DNA from: a bacterium
Lineage (GTDB): Bacteria > UBA8248
Length of the DNA stretch: 64,000 nucleotides
NCBI GenBank assembly: GCA_965207065.1
Contig: OZ242260.1
Coordinates: 4,128,001 to 4,192,000 of the forward strand
Reading direction: 5' to 3'
Position 1 is the first letter of the stretch. Every line of letters begins with the position of its first letter. Made by a program: the position numbers and the translations under genes. Under the pieces are notes generated by a model. The model was not told the DNA's origin. It saw only the letters and a program-made list of their open reading frames with translations, and did no database searches. Below, in pieces: positions 27,405-38,453 of this stretch.

Positions 27405-29978
27405 TCACATCAAACTCATCGGGTCTACGTCCACCGCCAGGCGAACGGAGGAAAAGGCCGCTTGCCCGTCAAATTCCGCTGTCAGCGAAGTGACCGCTTC
27501 GCCCAGGCGCTTCGACCCTTTGGCCTTCAAGATCATGTGATACCGCCATAGACCGCGAATCCTCACGAGAGGCGCCGGCGCGGGACCCAGATATTCGACC
27601 CCTCCAGGGCCGGCGGCGCGCCCGGCGGCGGCAACGCCATGTTTGCGTAAATATGAGGCCACCCATTCACCGGCTTTCGCCGCCAAGTGCTTGTCCTTGG
27701 ACTCGAAACGAAGTCTGGCCAGACGTCGATACGGCGGATAGCCCATCCGCTCTCTCGCCGAGGCTTCTCTCTTATAAAAACCGGCGTAATCATGCGTCCG
27801 CGCGCACTGTACAGCGAAATGGTCCGGCCTGAACGTCTGGATGATGACTTCACCGGGCAAATCGGCGCGGCCCGCCCGGCCGGCCACCTGCGTCAATAGC
27901 TGAAAAGTGCGCTCGCTCGCCCTGAAATCGGGCAGATGAAGCCCGACGTCGGCCACCACGACGCCCACGAGCGTCAGTTTCGGGAAATCATGGCCCTTCG
28001 CCACCATTTGCGTCCCGATGAGGATGTCTATCTCCCCGCTGCGCATGGCCCCGAATATGCTCTCATATGCGCCTGCCCGGCGGGCCGTGTCGCGGTCCAG
28101 ACGCTGGACGCGCGCCTCCGGGAATCGTGCCTTTACTGCCTGCTCGACGCGCTCGGTTCCCACGCCGAAATATCCCACGCGGTCACTGCGGCAGGAAGAG
28201 CATCTGCTCGGCGGATGGGCGCTGTAATCGCACCAGTGGCACTGCACCCTGCCCCCGCCTTCGCGGTGAAACGTCAGCGGGATGGAGCAGTGAGGACATT
28301 GGAGCGCCTCCCCGCAATCGCGGCACAGGATCACCGAAGAGAACCCGCGCCGGTTCAGGAACAACAGCGTCTGCTCGCCTCGCTCCAGACGATCGCCGAT
28401 GGCCGCCGCCAAATCGCGCGTGAGAAGCTCGGGCGTTTTGGGGTCGGAACCGGCCTCTTTTCTCAAATCCACCAGGCGCACCTGCGGCAAGGCTCCCCCC
28501 GTGGGTCGATGCGACAACGAGCGCAGGCGGTAGCGGCCGCTTCTGGCGCTCGTATAGCTTTCAATCGACGGCGTCGCCGAACCCAGCACGACCGGAACCC
28601 CCAGATTCCTGGCGCGCACGATGCCCGTATCCCGCGCATTGTAGCGAGGGGACTCCTCCTGCTTGTAGGAGCTGTCGTGCTCCTCATCCACCGCTATCAT
28701 CCCGAGATTCGCAACCGGGGCGAAGACGGCAGATCTCGTGCCCACGACGATGGGCGCATCCCCGTTCTTGATGCGCCGCCATTCCGATATGCGCTTTTTG
28801 TCAGTATAAGCACTGTGCAGACAGGCCACCGATTGCCCGAACCGCTCCTGGAAACGCGCCAATAGCTGGGGAGTCAAGCCGATTTCCGGCACCAGAATCA
28901 ACGCGCCCAACCCATTTTCCAAGGCTTTTTGCGCAAGCTGGATGTAGACTTCCGTCTTTCCGCTTCCCGTGACGCCGTGAAGAAGCGTGACCGAAAAATT
29001 CTTTTGCTCAATGTCGGTTTTCACAAGTTCAAACGATTCTTTCTGCTCATCGGTCAGGTCCATAGAGGGCGCATTGGGCCTTGGACTCGACTCTTTCAAA
29101 TCCTCAACATCAGGGAGGAGGTCTTCTACTACTTCGACCCATCCTTTTTTCTCCAAAGCCGCGCAAGCGGCGCGCGCGCCTTTCGAGAGGCTTTCCAGTT
29201 CCCCAAGCCGCACCCGCCCATCATCCGCCTGGTCCAACAGGCGCAGGATTTCCGCCTGCCGCTTCGCGCGTTTTTCCAAATCCTGAAACTCATCCTCTTC
29301 CGGCATCCTTCGAAGGCGCGCATACTTGACCATCCGCTGTTTAGAACCACCCACCTCGTCGACGATTTTCTCCACGAAGCCCGCATCGACAAGGCGCATG
29401 AGTTCCGGGCGCGTTCCGCGCCCGAACGACGCTGCAAGAGAATGAAGGGTCCGAGGAGCTTTGCGAAGCGCGACCAGGATGCGCGCCTTGTGGCTTCCCT
29501 TACCCTCCGAGGGTTTGAGGCCGGGGAGACCCAGTCCTCCTTCTTCGAACGCAGCCTCCAGCCTGCCCGCCTCACTCAGGCGGTAACGCTCTACGGTTTT
29601 CTTCTCCCTATGGGACGGCAGCGCGAATTTGAGCGCCTCCCCCCAGCCGCAGCAATAATATTCCGCCACCCATCTGGTGAGTTCCAGAAGCTCCGGCGTG
29701 AGCAGCGGCTCGTCATCAATTATCTCCAGAACGGACTTTATGGAACTGGGCTCAACTCCGGGTGGCGGGCTTTCGCCCGGCGGACGGATGACATATCCCG
29801 TCACCTTCCGCCTGCCCAGCGGCACCAGCACGCGCAGCCCGGGCGCGAGGCATCCCACGAATTCAGCTTCCACCCGGTAGGTGAGCGGCTTTAGCTGGGG
29901 GACGCTGAGCGCAACCTCTACATACCGGCTCCCCGGTTCATGCGCTTTCACGGCCTCTTTTTTGATGACGTATTTCAC
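27405..29978 (-). CDS. priA: Primosomal protein N'
   Basis: GVTGSGKTEVY, DEEHDSSYKQ, SATPS, four CxxC pairs, GTQMVAKGHDF, DVDP end; GTG 29978 overlaps the upstream TGA. Confidence 0.95.
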   Translation of the reverse strand: MKYVIKKEAVKAHEPGSRYVEVALSVPQLKPLTYRVEAEFVGCLAPGLRVLVPLGRRKVTGYVIRPPGESPPPGVEPSSIKSVLEIIDDEPLLTPELLELTRWVAEYYCCGWGEALKFALPSHREKKTVERYRLSEAGRLEAAFEEGGLGLPGLKPSEGKGSHKARILVALRKAPRTLHSLAASFGRGTRPELMRLVDAGFVEKIVDEVGGSKQRMVKYARLRRMPEEDEFQDLEKRAKRQAEILRLLDQADDGRVRLGELESLSKGARAACAALEKKGWVEVVEDLLPDVEDLKESSPRPNAPSMDLTDEQKESFELVKTDIEQKNFSVTLLHGVTGSGKTEVYIQLAQKALENGLGALILVPEIGLTPQLLARFQERFGQSVACLHSAYTDKKRISEWRRIKNGDAPIVVGTRSAVFAPVANLGMIAVDEEHDSSYKQEESPRYNARDTGIVRARNLGVPVVLGSATPSIESYTSARSGRYRLRSLSHRPTGGALPQVRLVDLRKEAGSDPKTPELLTRDLAAAIGDRLERGEQTLLFLNRRGFSSVILCRDCGEALQCPHCSIPLTFHREGGGRVQCHWCDYSAHPPSRCSSCRSDRVGYFGVGTERVEQAVKARFPEARVQRLDRDTARRAGAYESIFGAMRSGEIDILIGTQMVAKGHDFPKLTLVGVVVADVGLHLPDFRASERTFQLLTQVAGRAGRADLPGEVIIQTFRPDHFAVQCARTHDYAGFYKREASARERMGYPPYRRLARLRFESKDKHLAAKAGEWVASYLRKHGVAAAGRAAGPGGVEYLGPAPAPLVRIRGLWRYHMILKAKGSKRLGEAVTSLTAEFDGQAAFSSVRLAVDVDPMSLM

Positions 29979-30943
29979 GGACGAGGCGTCCCGCCGCTGA
30001 GAATGATATCGAGGTGCTCGCTGGTGAGATTGCGCCCGCTCATAATTGCGGCGACCCGCTTGCCCTTCAGGTCCATTTTCATGGCGGCAGCCGTCGGGGC
30101 GGCGCCTGCGCCCTCGGCGATGACGTGTACTTCGGATACGAGCAGGCGGATGGCGTCGCACATCTCCTCCTCGCTTACGGTCACGATTTCATCCACGTAT
30201 CGTTTGATCATCGAAAATGTCAGATCGAAAGGCACCCGCGTAGCGAGCCCGTCAGCGAAGGTGTCCGCTGAGGGTTGGGGCAGCAATTCCCCTGCGTAGA
30301 AGCTCTTGTAGAAGGCGGGGGCGTTTTCCGCCTGGACCCCCACCACGTGGACCTTGGGGTTGACCTGTTTGGCGACGAGGCCTGCGCCGCAAACCCCGCT
30401 CCCCCCGCCCAGGGGGACGATGATCACCTCGATATCCGGATCAGATTCCATGATCTCGAGCGTCTGTGTCGCCACGCCCGCGATGAGACGCGGCTCGTTG
30501 GCCGAATGAACGTAGCGCATGCCTCGCTCTTCGCATTGCTCCTCGCACCACACCCTGGCGTCGTCGAAATCCTCCCCCACGAACGCGACTTCCGCCCCCA
30601 GCCTCTCGATGGCCGAGATTTTATCCGCATTCGCTCCGTTCGGGGCTGCAATCAGCGCATTGACCCCGAAAATCCGCGCGGCATAGGCGATGGACTGCCC
30701 GTGATTGCCGGTCGAGGCCGTGATGAGGCCCGCTTGCTTCTCCTCCGGCCCGAGCCTGGAGACGAGATTCACGCCACCGCGCACCTTGAACGCGCCGATG
30801 GGCTGCATGGACTCGAATTTCAGGAAATACCGGCACCCGATGCGTTCCGAGAGCACAGGCACCTCGTGAAAAGGCGTAGGCTGCAAGTAGGCGGCGATGC
30901 GTTTTTGCGCCTCCAGAACATCGTCAAACGTGGGCTCGCGCAT
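29975..30943 (-). CDS. Threonine/serine ammonia-lyase (PLP-dependent)
   Basis: GAFKVRGG, STGNHGQ, PLGGGSG, TFADGL and SGRN motifs. Confidence 0.9.
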   Translation of the reverse strand: MREPTFDDVLEAQKRIAAYLQPTPFHEVPVLSERIGCRYFLKFESMQPIGAFKVRGGVNLVSRLGPEEKQAGLITASTGNHGQSIAYAARIFGVNALIAAPNGANADKISAIERLGAEVAFVGEDFDDARVWCEEQCEERGMRYVHSANEPRLIAGVATQTLEIMESDPDIEVIIVPLGGGSGVCGAGLVAKQVNPKVHVVGVQAENAPAFYKSFYAGELLPQPSADTFADGLATRVPFDLTFSMIKRYVDEIVTVSEEEMCDAIRLLVSEVHVIAEGAGAAPTAAAMKMDLKGKRVAAIMSGRNLTSEHLDIILSGGTPRP

Positions 30944-31190
30944 GGTTCCTCCACAGGTGGGCGTTTCACATCCTCTTATATCAAAATATCCGTCCCGGAG
31001 AGTCCCCGAAAGGCAAGAAGTCCATTGTTTGCGCTATCCGTCTGAAAACCTGCGCATTACCCCCTCATCGCGAGGCGAAGGTGATGACGGCGTCCGGGCC
31101 TGTCTCGTCCAAAGACGCAGATGTTGACCCCTTTCTTTGCGCAACTTAGAATGCCCTCGACCATAAAACTTTACACCGCCGTGGAGGGTC

Positions 31191-31523
31191 ATGATGAAAA
31201 GCGCCCTGGAAATTGCGATGGAGAAAACTTCCGCCATCGGCGAGCAAGCGCGCCAGGAACTGGAAAAACTCACTCCTGAGCAAAGGGACAAGATTGAGGA
31301 AATCAAAAAGGTATACGAGGGAAAAATCGCCGAAAAAGACGTCCTTCACCAGCAGGAATTGATGAAAATGACCGGCGGCGCTCCCATCGAAGCCATTGAA
31401 GCGCAACTGGAACCCGAGGCCAGAGAGGCGCTGGGCGCATTCCGCCAGAAATTCAGAAGCGAGCGTGAGGCGCTCGAAGCGGAACGCGACGATAAGATAG
31501 AAGCCATCAGAAAGGAAAGTTAA
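31191..31523 (+). CDS. Hypothetical helical protein
   Basis: MKSALEIAMEKT N-terminus, charged coiled-coil-like 110 aa, GGAGG RBS. Confidence 0.7.
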   Translation: MMKSALEIAMEKTSAIGEQARQELEKLTPEQRDKIEEIKKVYEGKIAEKDVLHQQELMKMTGGAPIEAIEAQLEPEAREALGAFRQKFRSEREALEAERDDKIEAIRKES

Positions 31524-31529
31524 CCGCAC

Positions 31530-32501
31530 ATGAGCCGCGTTGCGATAGTCCGTTGTGAAGACTACGACAAAGAGCGCGTGAGCGATGCCGTCGCCCAAGC
31601 CCTGGAAGCCCTTGGCGGCGCCGCGCAATTCGCCACTGAAACCGATGGGCTACTGCTCAAACCCAACATCTTGAAAGGCGCACCGCCTGAGAGCGCGCTG
31701 ACGACCCATCCTGAAATACTCCGGGCGGTGGCGGAGCAGTTTCAGAATATGGATGCGCCGCCACGGATAATATCCATGGGCGACAGCCCCGCCTGGGGGA
31801 GCCTCGCCGCTTGCGCCGAGCAAACCGGTCTGTCGAGTGTATGCGAGGAACTCGGACTCCCCCTCGTCACCTTCCGAAAAGGGGTGAAGGTTCCCAATCC
31901 CGATGGGGTCGTTTACACGCATCTCACCATGGCGAAAGAGGCCATGGACGCGGACGGAATCATCAACCTGCCGAAGCTGAAGACCCATTGCCAGCTTTAC
32001 ATGACGGGCGCGGTCAAGAACCTCTTCGGCTGCGTGGCGGGAAAAAGAAAGGCCTGGTGGCATTTCAAGGCCGGGACTTTCGAGGATTATTTCCCGCTCA
32101 TGCTCGTCGAAACGGCGCGTTTGCTCAAGACGAGGCTCTCCGTACTGGACGCCGTCTTTGCGATGGAAGGCCAGGGACCCGCGCAGGGAACTCCCCGCAA
32201 GGTGGGCCTCATCATCGCGAGCGCAGACCCGGTGGCGCTCGACCGCGTCGCCTGCGAGGTCACGGGACTCGCGCCCGAGAAACTGAGAACCCTGGAAGCC
32301 GCCCGCGTAACGGGTTTCGGTGAAACGGATTTGAATAAAATTGATGTGGTGGGACTGCCACTTGAGGAAGCGAAACTCTCCAGTCCCCTGGTCGAGCCGA
32401 GGATGATACCGATAGGCTTCAGCATCCCGCGCGTCGTCAAGAGCACGCTCAAGCAACAATGGCTCACGCGCGTGCGCGAACCCCTCCAGAAAGTTTCGTG
32501 A
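31530..32501 (+). CDS. DUF362 domain protein
   Basis: LLKPNIL, TTHPEIL, INLPKLKTH, GAVKNLFGC and DPVALD motifs. Confidence 0.85.
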   Translation: MSRVAIVRCEDYDKERVSDAVAQALEALGGAAQFATETDGLLLKPNILKGAPPESALTTHPEILRAVAEQFQNMDAPPRIISMGDSPAWGSLAACAEQTGLSSVCEELGLPLVTFRKGVKVPNPDGVVYTHLTMAKEAMDADGIINLPKLKTHCQLYMTGAVKNLFGCVAGKRKAWWHFKAGTFEDYFPLMLVETARLLKTRLSVLDAVFAMEGQGPAQGTPRKVGLIIASADPVALDRVACEVTGLAPEKLRTLEAARVTGFGETDLNKIDVVGLPLEEAKLSSPLVEPRMIPIGFSIPRVVKSTLKQQWLTRVREPLQKVS

Positions 32502-32514
32502 TTCTCAGCAGGGA

Positions 32515-33288
32515 TTAGATATTCGAGCGGCTTTGCGAGCCGTCCACGTTCCAGCAGGCCCCGTGCACGAGGCTCGCTCTCGGGCTGACCATGAAGACGG
32601 CCACGGCGGAGAGTTCCTCGGGGCGGCCGAACCGGCCCAGCGGCATTTCTGAGTCGATGAAGCCCTTGAGGCCGTCGGGCGCCTCGTTCACCCGCCGCTC
32701 CCAGACGCCGCCGGGGAATATGATGCTGCCCGGCGCAATCGAGTTCACGCGAATGTTGTCCTGCGCCGTCTGCTGGGCGAGCCCCTTGGAGAAGCTGATG
32801 AGCGCCGCCTTGGAGGCGTTGTAGGTCATCGCGCCCTTCGATTCGCGCCCGTAGATGGAAGCGACGTTCAGGATGGAGCCGCCGCCTCTTTTTTTCATCT
32901 CCGGTATCACGAGGCGCGAGAGCGTCACCGCGTGATAGAGGTTGAAACCGAACCCCTCGCGCCACTCCTCGTCCGTGATGTCGAGAAACGCCTTGGGATT
33001 GCTGCCTCCGACGTTGTTCACGAGAATGTCGACGGCGCCGAACGCATCGAGCGTCTTCCGCATGAAAGCATCGGGCACGCCTTCCTGGGTCACGTCGCCC
33101 ACGAAACCCGCCGCGCGTCCACCGCCCAGCGCGTTCAACTCATCGACCGCCTGGTTCAGGCGCTCCTCGCCCCGCGCGCTGATCGCCACGTGGCAGCCCT
33201 CTCCCACCAGATCTTTCGCGATGTGGAAGCCGAGCCCCCGGCTGCCGCCGGAGATCATCGCCACTTTATCGGTAAGCATCAAATCCAT
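32515..33288 (-). CDS. SDR family oxidoreductase
   Basis: GGSRGLG, NNVGG, YNASK and VNSIAPG motifs. Confidence 0.9.
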   Translation of the reverse strand: MDLMLTDKVAMISGGSRGLGFHIAKDLVGEGCHVAISARGEERLNQAVDELNALGGGRAAGFVGDVTQEGVPDAFMRKTLDAFGAVDILVNNVGGSNPKAFLDITDEEWREGFGFNLYHAVTLSRLVIPEMKKRGGGSILNVASIYGRESKGAMTYNASKAALISFSKGLAQQTAQDNIRVNSIAPGSIIFPGGVWERRVNEAPDGLKGFIDSEMPLGRFGRPEELSAVAVFMVSPRASLVHGACWNVDGSQSRSNI

Positions 33289-33358
33289 CGTTTTTTCTCC
33301 CGAACTGGTGAACGTCGGGACACCGAGCGAACAGCCCCGCGACGCATCGCACGACGTA

Positions 33359-34543
33359 TTATGCGGGCTCGTCCAGCGTCTGGGCGGCGCGCAGCAGCGT
33401 CATCGAGTCCGTCCCGTCGCCGTGCAGGAAGGTAAGGAGGTCGCGCATCATCTTCTCCGTCGGCGTCTCCTTCATGATGCCGATGCCGCCGAGAATGTCC
33501 GTGGCGAAGGCAATCGTCTTGAGCGCCACCTGATCGCTGAACACCTTTCCGTACCGCGTAAATCGCGTGTTGTAACTCTCATCGTTCTCCACGCCCCAGC
33601 AGATGCGCCACATGAACTGCTCAGCCACCTCGATGTTCATCAGCATCTCGGCGAGTTGGTGCTGAATCGTCTGATGCTCGATGATGGGCTTGCCGCCCTG
33701 GATGCGTTCTTTCGCGTGCTGGAGGCAGAAATTATAGATGCCGCGCGCAATGCCCGTATTGCACGCCGGAAGCTCGGCGCTGCCCCGGAACACCGTGCCG
33801 AAGGTGTAAAAACCCTTGTTCACCCCGCCCAGGATGTCGTCCTTGTGGACGCGCACGTTGTCGTAATAACTCTCGGCATTGGGATACAGCCTGTAGCCGA
33901 GCTTGTCGTGCACGTTGCCGTAAGAGACCCCCTCCTGATCACCACGTACGAGAAAGCAGCTGGTTCCCTGATGAAGCGGAACAGTGGGGTCCGTTCTCGC
34001 AAAGACCAGCAAAATCTGCGCCCAACTCGTGAGAGAAGTGAACCGTTTCGCACCGTTGATGATGTAGTAGTCGCCATCCTCGACCGCCGAGGTCTTGAGA
34101 CCCAGCTCGGGGTCGGACTGCCGGTAGATGTTGTCCGAGCCATAATCGGGTTCGGTGATGACGAACGAGCCCACGCAGTCGTGATCCTCCACGAACATCT
34201 TGCCCCACTTTTCGATCTGCGCCTCCGTGCCGCATTTGAAGATCGCGTTCGATATCTTCCAGCACTGGCTCAGGCACTTGATGACGCCGATCTCGATTTG
34301 CGCGCCCGTCCAGAGACAAAGGGCCTTGGTCGTCGTGTCGGCTCCGATGCCGCCATGTTCTTCCGGAACCGCCATGGTTCGAAGGCCGAGATGCGACGCC
34401 TTGTTGAGGAGTTCGCCCGGATAGCAATCCTTCGGGTCGGGCCGCCTGTCCATTTCCGCGGCGACGGGCGCGACCTCGCGCTCCATGAAATCCCGGGTCA
34501 GATCGGCCAGGGCCAGTTGTTCTTCGGTGAATGGGTATTGCAT
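33359..34543 (-). CDS. Acyl-CoA dehydrogenase family protein
   Basis: ITEPDYGSD, INGAKRF, RIQGGKPI and LGGIG motifs. Confidence 0.9.
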   Translation of the reverse strand: MQYPFTEEQLALADLTRDFMEREVAPVAAEMDRRPDPKDCYPGELLNKASHLGLRTMAVPEEHGGIGADTTTKALCLWTGAQIEIGVIKCLSQCWKISNAIFKCGTEAQIEKWGKMFVEDHDCVGSFVITEPDYGSDNIYRQSDPELGLKTSAVEDGDYYIINGAKRFTSLTSWAQILLVFARTDPTVPLHQGTSCFLVRGDQEGVSYGNVHDKLGYRLYPNAESYYDNVRVHKDDILGGVNKGFYTFGTVFRGSAELPACNTGIARGIYNFCLQHAKERIQGGKPIIEHQTIQHQLAEMLMNIEVAEQFMWRICWGVENDESYNTRFTRYGKVFSDQVALKTIAFATDILGGIGIMKETPTEKMMRDLLTFLHGDGTDSMTLLRAAQTLDEPA

Positions 34544-34651
34544 AACTCCTCCAAATCATTGAGAAGAATTCTCATCATGAATATGTGCGTATTCCTTGGT
34601 TATCCTCTCGCGCCCATAGTGTCAACTTCAAATTGCCTGACTCTCACACCC

Positions 34652-36319
34652 TCAGGCGTTCGCATGGCGCGTTGCCGCTTCGCGTAATTTATCGGATATG
34701 GGGACTCTTTCGTGCACAGGCATCCCACCGGCCCCCATTGACACATGAATGTTGGCCAGCCAGTTCTCATCGTCACGCTCAGGATAATCAGACCTCGTAT
34801 GCGCCCCCCGGCTCTCTGCCCGCATGGACATCGCGCCCAGCATCGCCTCGGCCGTGAGGCACATGAGCCTCGCCTGCGCATGGCGCGAGACGAGCGCCTC
34901 AGCGGGCGTCAGCACCTTGATTCTTTCTTTTTGAGCGGCGATTCTCACCAGTCCATCCGCCAGCGCCTCCGAAGCCCGCTCGATGCCGCCGGCGGAAAAC
35001 ATGACGTCTCGAATCTCTTTTTCGATTTCATCGAGCTGCGCTTCACCCGCCTCATCAGCGCCATTCGCGCCCGTCTCTTTCTTCTCCGGCGGTCCGCCTT
35101 CTCCTTCGACATGAGCGGCGGCCCGGCCCGCCCGGTCACCCATGACGGCGCACACGGTGAGGCCCCCGCTCGCCAGACGATTCGCCCCGTGGAGACCCCC
35201 GCCGTTCTCACCGGCGGCGAAGAGGCCGTCCACGCCCGTCCGCCCATTCGTATCGATGATGACGCCACCCATGCAAGAGTGTGCGGCGGGAGCGATTTCT
35301 ATCGGTTCTTTTCGCACGTCGAGGCCCGCCGCCTCGAAATCATCGATGATCTCACCCATCACGTCCCGAAGTCCTTCGTAGGACACCTCCGTCAAATCGA
35401 GATAAAGACCGCCGTTTTCGGTGCCTCTTCCCTCGACAATCTCGCGGTGCATCGCGCGGGAGAGAACGTCGCGCTTGGCGTGCTCCATGTCATCGGGCGC
35501 ATAGCGGGCCATGAAACGCTCATTCAGGCTGTTGCGCAACCGTGTTTCCGGGAAAGAGAGCGCCATGCCGCCTGAGTTTCTGCCTCTGAGCTGCGGCGGA
35601 TGGGCCATCGCCGTCGGCGTGAACTGCACGAACTCCATATCGCGCAAGCGTGCGCCGGCGTCCAGAGCCGCCCCATAGCCGACGCCCGCGACGCCCGGCG
35701 CATTCGTCGTGATGGGGTACATCCCTCCCAATCCACCCATTGCGAGAACCGTGGCGCGCGCATGCACCCGCACCAAATCTCCGCTTCCCTCTTCTTGAAA
35801 ATCAGCCCCTACAACCCTCCCGCCTTCATCGCGAAGCAGTCCGATGAAGGACAGCTCCTCCAGAATGCGCGCTCCACTCTGCGCGAGCCGCGCACCCAGA
35901 ATCATCATCATCCGGGGTCCGCCGCCCGGCACGCGCGCCCCTCGTGGATAGGTATGCCCGGGGAGTTTCGTCGGCGTCATCCGCCCGTTTTTCTCCAGGA
36001 AGGGCACCACGAATGCGCGCAGACGTTCTATCGCCGCGCCCGATTCCGCTGCGACCGTACGCACCAAGGCCGGGTCGGACATAAACCACCCGCTGCGATA
36101 ATTATCCGACACCATGGTTTCCACGGAATCTTCCGGCAGGGAGAAGCCATCCAGTATGGTTGCAAATACGCCGCCCGCGCGCGCGGAATTTCCCGTCAGG
36201 CCGGCCTCACCCTTCATGGCGATGCAGACGTCCGCCCCTTCTTCGCGTGCGGCCAGAGCGGCCAGCGTTCCGGCCAGCCCTCCGCCTGCGACCAACACAT
36301 CCGTACGTATCTCTTCCAC
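34652..36319 (-). CDS. SdhA/FrdA/NadB-like FAD-binding flavoprotein
   Basis: GGGLAG, EFVQFTPT, HSCMGG, HGANRL and RAESRGAH motifs; GTG 36319 behind GGAGG (alternative TTG 36337). Confidence 0.85.
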   Translation of the reverse strand: MEEIRTDVLVAGGGLAGTLAALAAREEGADVCIAMKGEAGLTGNSARAGGVFATILDGFSLPEDSVETMVSDNYRSGWFMSDPALVRTVAAESGAAIERLRAFVVPFLEKNGRMTPTKLPGHTYPRGARVPGGGPRMMMILGARLAQSGARILEELSFIGLLRDEGGRVVGADFQEEGSGDLVRVHARATVLAMGGLGGMYPITTNAPGVAGVGYGAALDAGARLRDMEFVQFTPTAMAHPPQLRGRNSGGMALSFPETRLRNSLNERFMARYAPDDMEHAKRDVLSRAMHREIVEGRGTENGGLYLDLTEVSYEGLRDVMGEIIDDFEAAGLDVRKEPIEIAPAAHSCMGGVIIDTNGRTGVDGLFAAGENGGGLHGANRLASGGLTVCAVMGDRAGRAAAHVEGEGGPPEKKETGANGADEAGEAQLDEIEKEIRDVMFSAGGIERASEALADGLVRIAAQKERIKVLTPAEALVSRHAQARLMCLTAEAMLGAMSMRAESRGAHTRSDYPERDDENWLANIHVSMGAGGMPVHERVPISDKLREAATRHANA

Positions 36320-36333
36320 GATTCCTCCGAAGA

Positions 36334-37023
36334 TCAAGCAGCGGGATAAGGGAGCGGGTCGCGCTCCCCGATTTCATCGAATCCCTTACGCCTCAGGATG
36401 CAGGCGTCGCACGAACCGCAGGGCCGCCCCTCATCCAGCGGATCGTAACAGGTGTGGGTGAGAGAAAAATCCACTCCCAGTTCCAGACCCTTGCGCGCGA
36501 TGTCGGACTTTCGCATCGCACTCAAAGGCGTATGAATTTCGAGAGGCGCGCCCCTAACGCCCGATTTTGTCGCCAGGCGCGCCATTTGCACATAGGCGTC
36601 TATGTATTCCGGGCGGCAGTCGGGATACCCCGAATAATCGAGCGCATTCACACCGATGAAGATATCGCTCGCACCCTTCACCTCGGCCAGCGCGAGCGCA
36701 TAGCTTAAAAAAATGGTGTTCCGCGCAGGCACATAGGTTACCGGTATGCCCTCTCCGATATCGCCGCGCTCCTTGGGGACTTCGATGTCGTCCGTTAATG
36801 CGCTTCCGCCGATGGGGCGCATGTCGATGGACAAAACGGTGTGGCCGGACACGCCGATTTGCTGCGCCACTTTTCGGGCGGCCATCAACTCGCAGCGGTG
36901 TCTTTGCCCATAGTCGAAACTGAGCGCCTCGCAGTCGAATCCCTCCCGTTTCGCGATGGCCAGAACGACGGCCGAATCCATGCCGCCGCTTAAGAGGACG
37001 ACCGCCACTCTTTTCTCGTCCAT
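36334..37023 (-). CDS. queC: 7-cyano-7-deazaguanine synthase
   Basis: [25 protein letters not shown] and THTCY...[10 protein letters not shown] motifs. Confidence 0.95.
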   Translation of the reverse strand: MDEKRVAVVLLSGGMDSAVVLAIAKREGFDCEALSFDYGQRHRCELMAARKVAQQIGVSGHTVLSIDMRPIGGSALTDDIEVPKERGDIGEGIPVTYVPARNTIFLSYALALAEVKGASDIFIGVNALDYSGYPDCRPEYIDAYVQMARLATKSGVRGAPLEIHTPLSAMRKSDIARKGLELGVDFSLTHTCYDPLDEGRPCGSCDACILRRKGFDEIGERDPLPYPAA

Positions 37024-37143
37024 GCGCAATTTCCCGTCCATGACCGCTCGGATGAGCCATTCTGCGAAAAACCGCATAATAGGGTATTCTTGGAGTTCGG
37101 CAAAGGCGAAATGCGTGTTTTTCTCAACCCAAAGGAGCGGACG

Positions 37144-37944
37144 ATGCCCGTGGCGACTGTGAACGGCGTGAACCTCACATACACCGTGAAAGGAGACGGC
37201 GCGCCCCTGGTCGCGATGCACGGATTCGCCAACTCCATATACACCTGGGAGCCGGTGATGGATGCGCTCGCCGGCCGCTTTCAGGCCTTCGCCTACGATC
37301 ACAGAGGCCACGGGGGATCGAGCAAGCGACAGGGCCCATTTGGTATCGAAACCCTCACCGATGACCTGCTCGCCCTTCTCAACTTCTGGGGGCTCGACAG
37401 GGTCCACCTCATGGGGCACAGCATGGGCGGGCGAACCGCCCTGTTATTCGCTCTCGAGCACCCGGAGAGGGTCGACAGCCTGATGCTCGTCGCCTCATCC
37501 GCCGCGGCGCCCGAAGGAGAAATGAGGGGACGATTCGAGTTTTTGCGAAAGCTGGCGCTCGATGAGGGGATAGAAGCAGCCCTTGCGAGCGAGGGGATGC
37601 AGGCGACGCTGCCCCGGGACTACGTCGACGGAGCGAGCGCGGAAGAATTCAGAAAGCGATTCCTCAAGAACACCCCGGAGGATTACGCCGCAGCGGTGGA
37701 CGCCATCCTTGACACGCCGGACATGAGGGATCGCCTGGGAGAAATCCACGTACCCACCTGGGTCTGCGTGGGCGAAGGGGACGCCGGGGCGATGGCTTAT
37801 GGGGAGATATTCGAAGAGCGAATCCCTGGTTGCGTCAGAACGATCATCCCCGCCTGCGGGCATTTTCCGATGCAGGATGCGCCCGAGGCTTTTTGCGCCG
37901 CGTTCGATGACTTCGTCGAGACGGCGATTGATGCGGATTCATAA
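37144..37944 (+). CDS. Alpha/beta hydrolase
   Basis: [17 protein letters not shown] nucleophile elbow, CGHFP. Confidence 0.9.
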   Translation: MPVATVNGVNLTYTVKGDGAPLVAMHGFANSIYTWEPVMDALAGRFQAFAYDHRGHGGSSKRQGPFGIETLTDDLLALLNFWGLDRVHLMGHSMGGRTALLFALEHPERVDSLMLVASSAAAPEGEMRGRFEFLRKLALDEGIEAALASEGMQATLPRDYVDGASAEEFRKRFLKNTPEDYAAAVDAILDTPDMRDRLGEIHVPTWVCVGEGDAGAMAYGEIFEERIPGCVRTIIPACGHFPMQDAPEAFCAAFDDFVETAIDADS

Positions 37945-37955
37945 GGAGAACCTCC

Positions 37956-38357
37956 ATGACGCATGACGAGGCGCTGGCCTTCCTGAACGAGCAGCACTAC
38001 GGCGTCCTGAGCACCCTGCTCGAGGACGGGAGATCGCACCCCACGCCCATTGTGTTCGATTACGCAGACGGCGTCGCGGAGATATCCATGACGTGGAACC
38101 GCGTGAAGGCCAGGAATCTCAAGCGCGACCCCAGGGCCACGCTTTGCGTGATGCCGCAGGAGAGCTTCTACCCCTACCTATGCGCGGAAGGCGAGGTCGA
38201 ACTCGTCGAAGACCCCGACGGCGCGAAAAACCTCGACCTCTACCGTCGCATCACCGGAAAGGACCCGGACGACCTCGACGAGTACCTGCAAGCGATGAAA
38301 AACGAGAAACGCCTCGTGGCGAGGCTGAGCGTCACGCGCATGTATCCGGTTGGGTGA
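37956..38357 (+). CDS. PPOX-class (probable F420-dependent) oxidoreductase
   Basis: GVLSTLLEDG, KARNLKRDPRATL and EYLQAMKNEKR motifs. Confidence 0.8.
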   Translation: MTHDEALAFLNEQHYGVLSTLLEDGRSHPTPIVFDYADGVAEISMTWNRVKARNLKRDPRATLCVMPQESFYPYLCAEGEVELVEDPDGAKNLDLYRRITGKDPDDLDEYLQAMKNEKRLVARLSVTRMYPVG

Positions 38358-38453
38358 GTTGGGTGGGGTGTTGTGCACTGATTATTGACATTAAAATGGA
38401 TTGTTTGAGTCTACCTGCAATCCTAAATGTAAAGATAAAGGGCTATTGAAATT

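Noticed and set aside
32499-32560. Sec readthrough of the DUF362 TGA into a ferredoxin domain
   Set aside because: Downstream sequence has no Cys motifs and runs into the convergent SDR gene
32942-34687. Long antisense ORFs (581 aa here; also 52229-54055, 58112-59362, 59403-61130, 62039-63229)
   Set aside because: Shadow or alternate frames of well-supported GC-rich genes, with no motifs of their own
37024-37143. preQ1 riboswitch upstream of queC
   Set aside because: No preQ1 stem-loop plus A-rich tail motif visible
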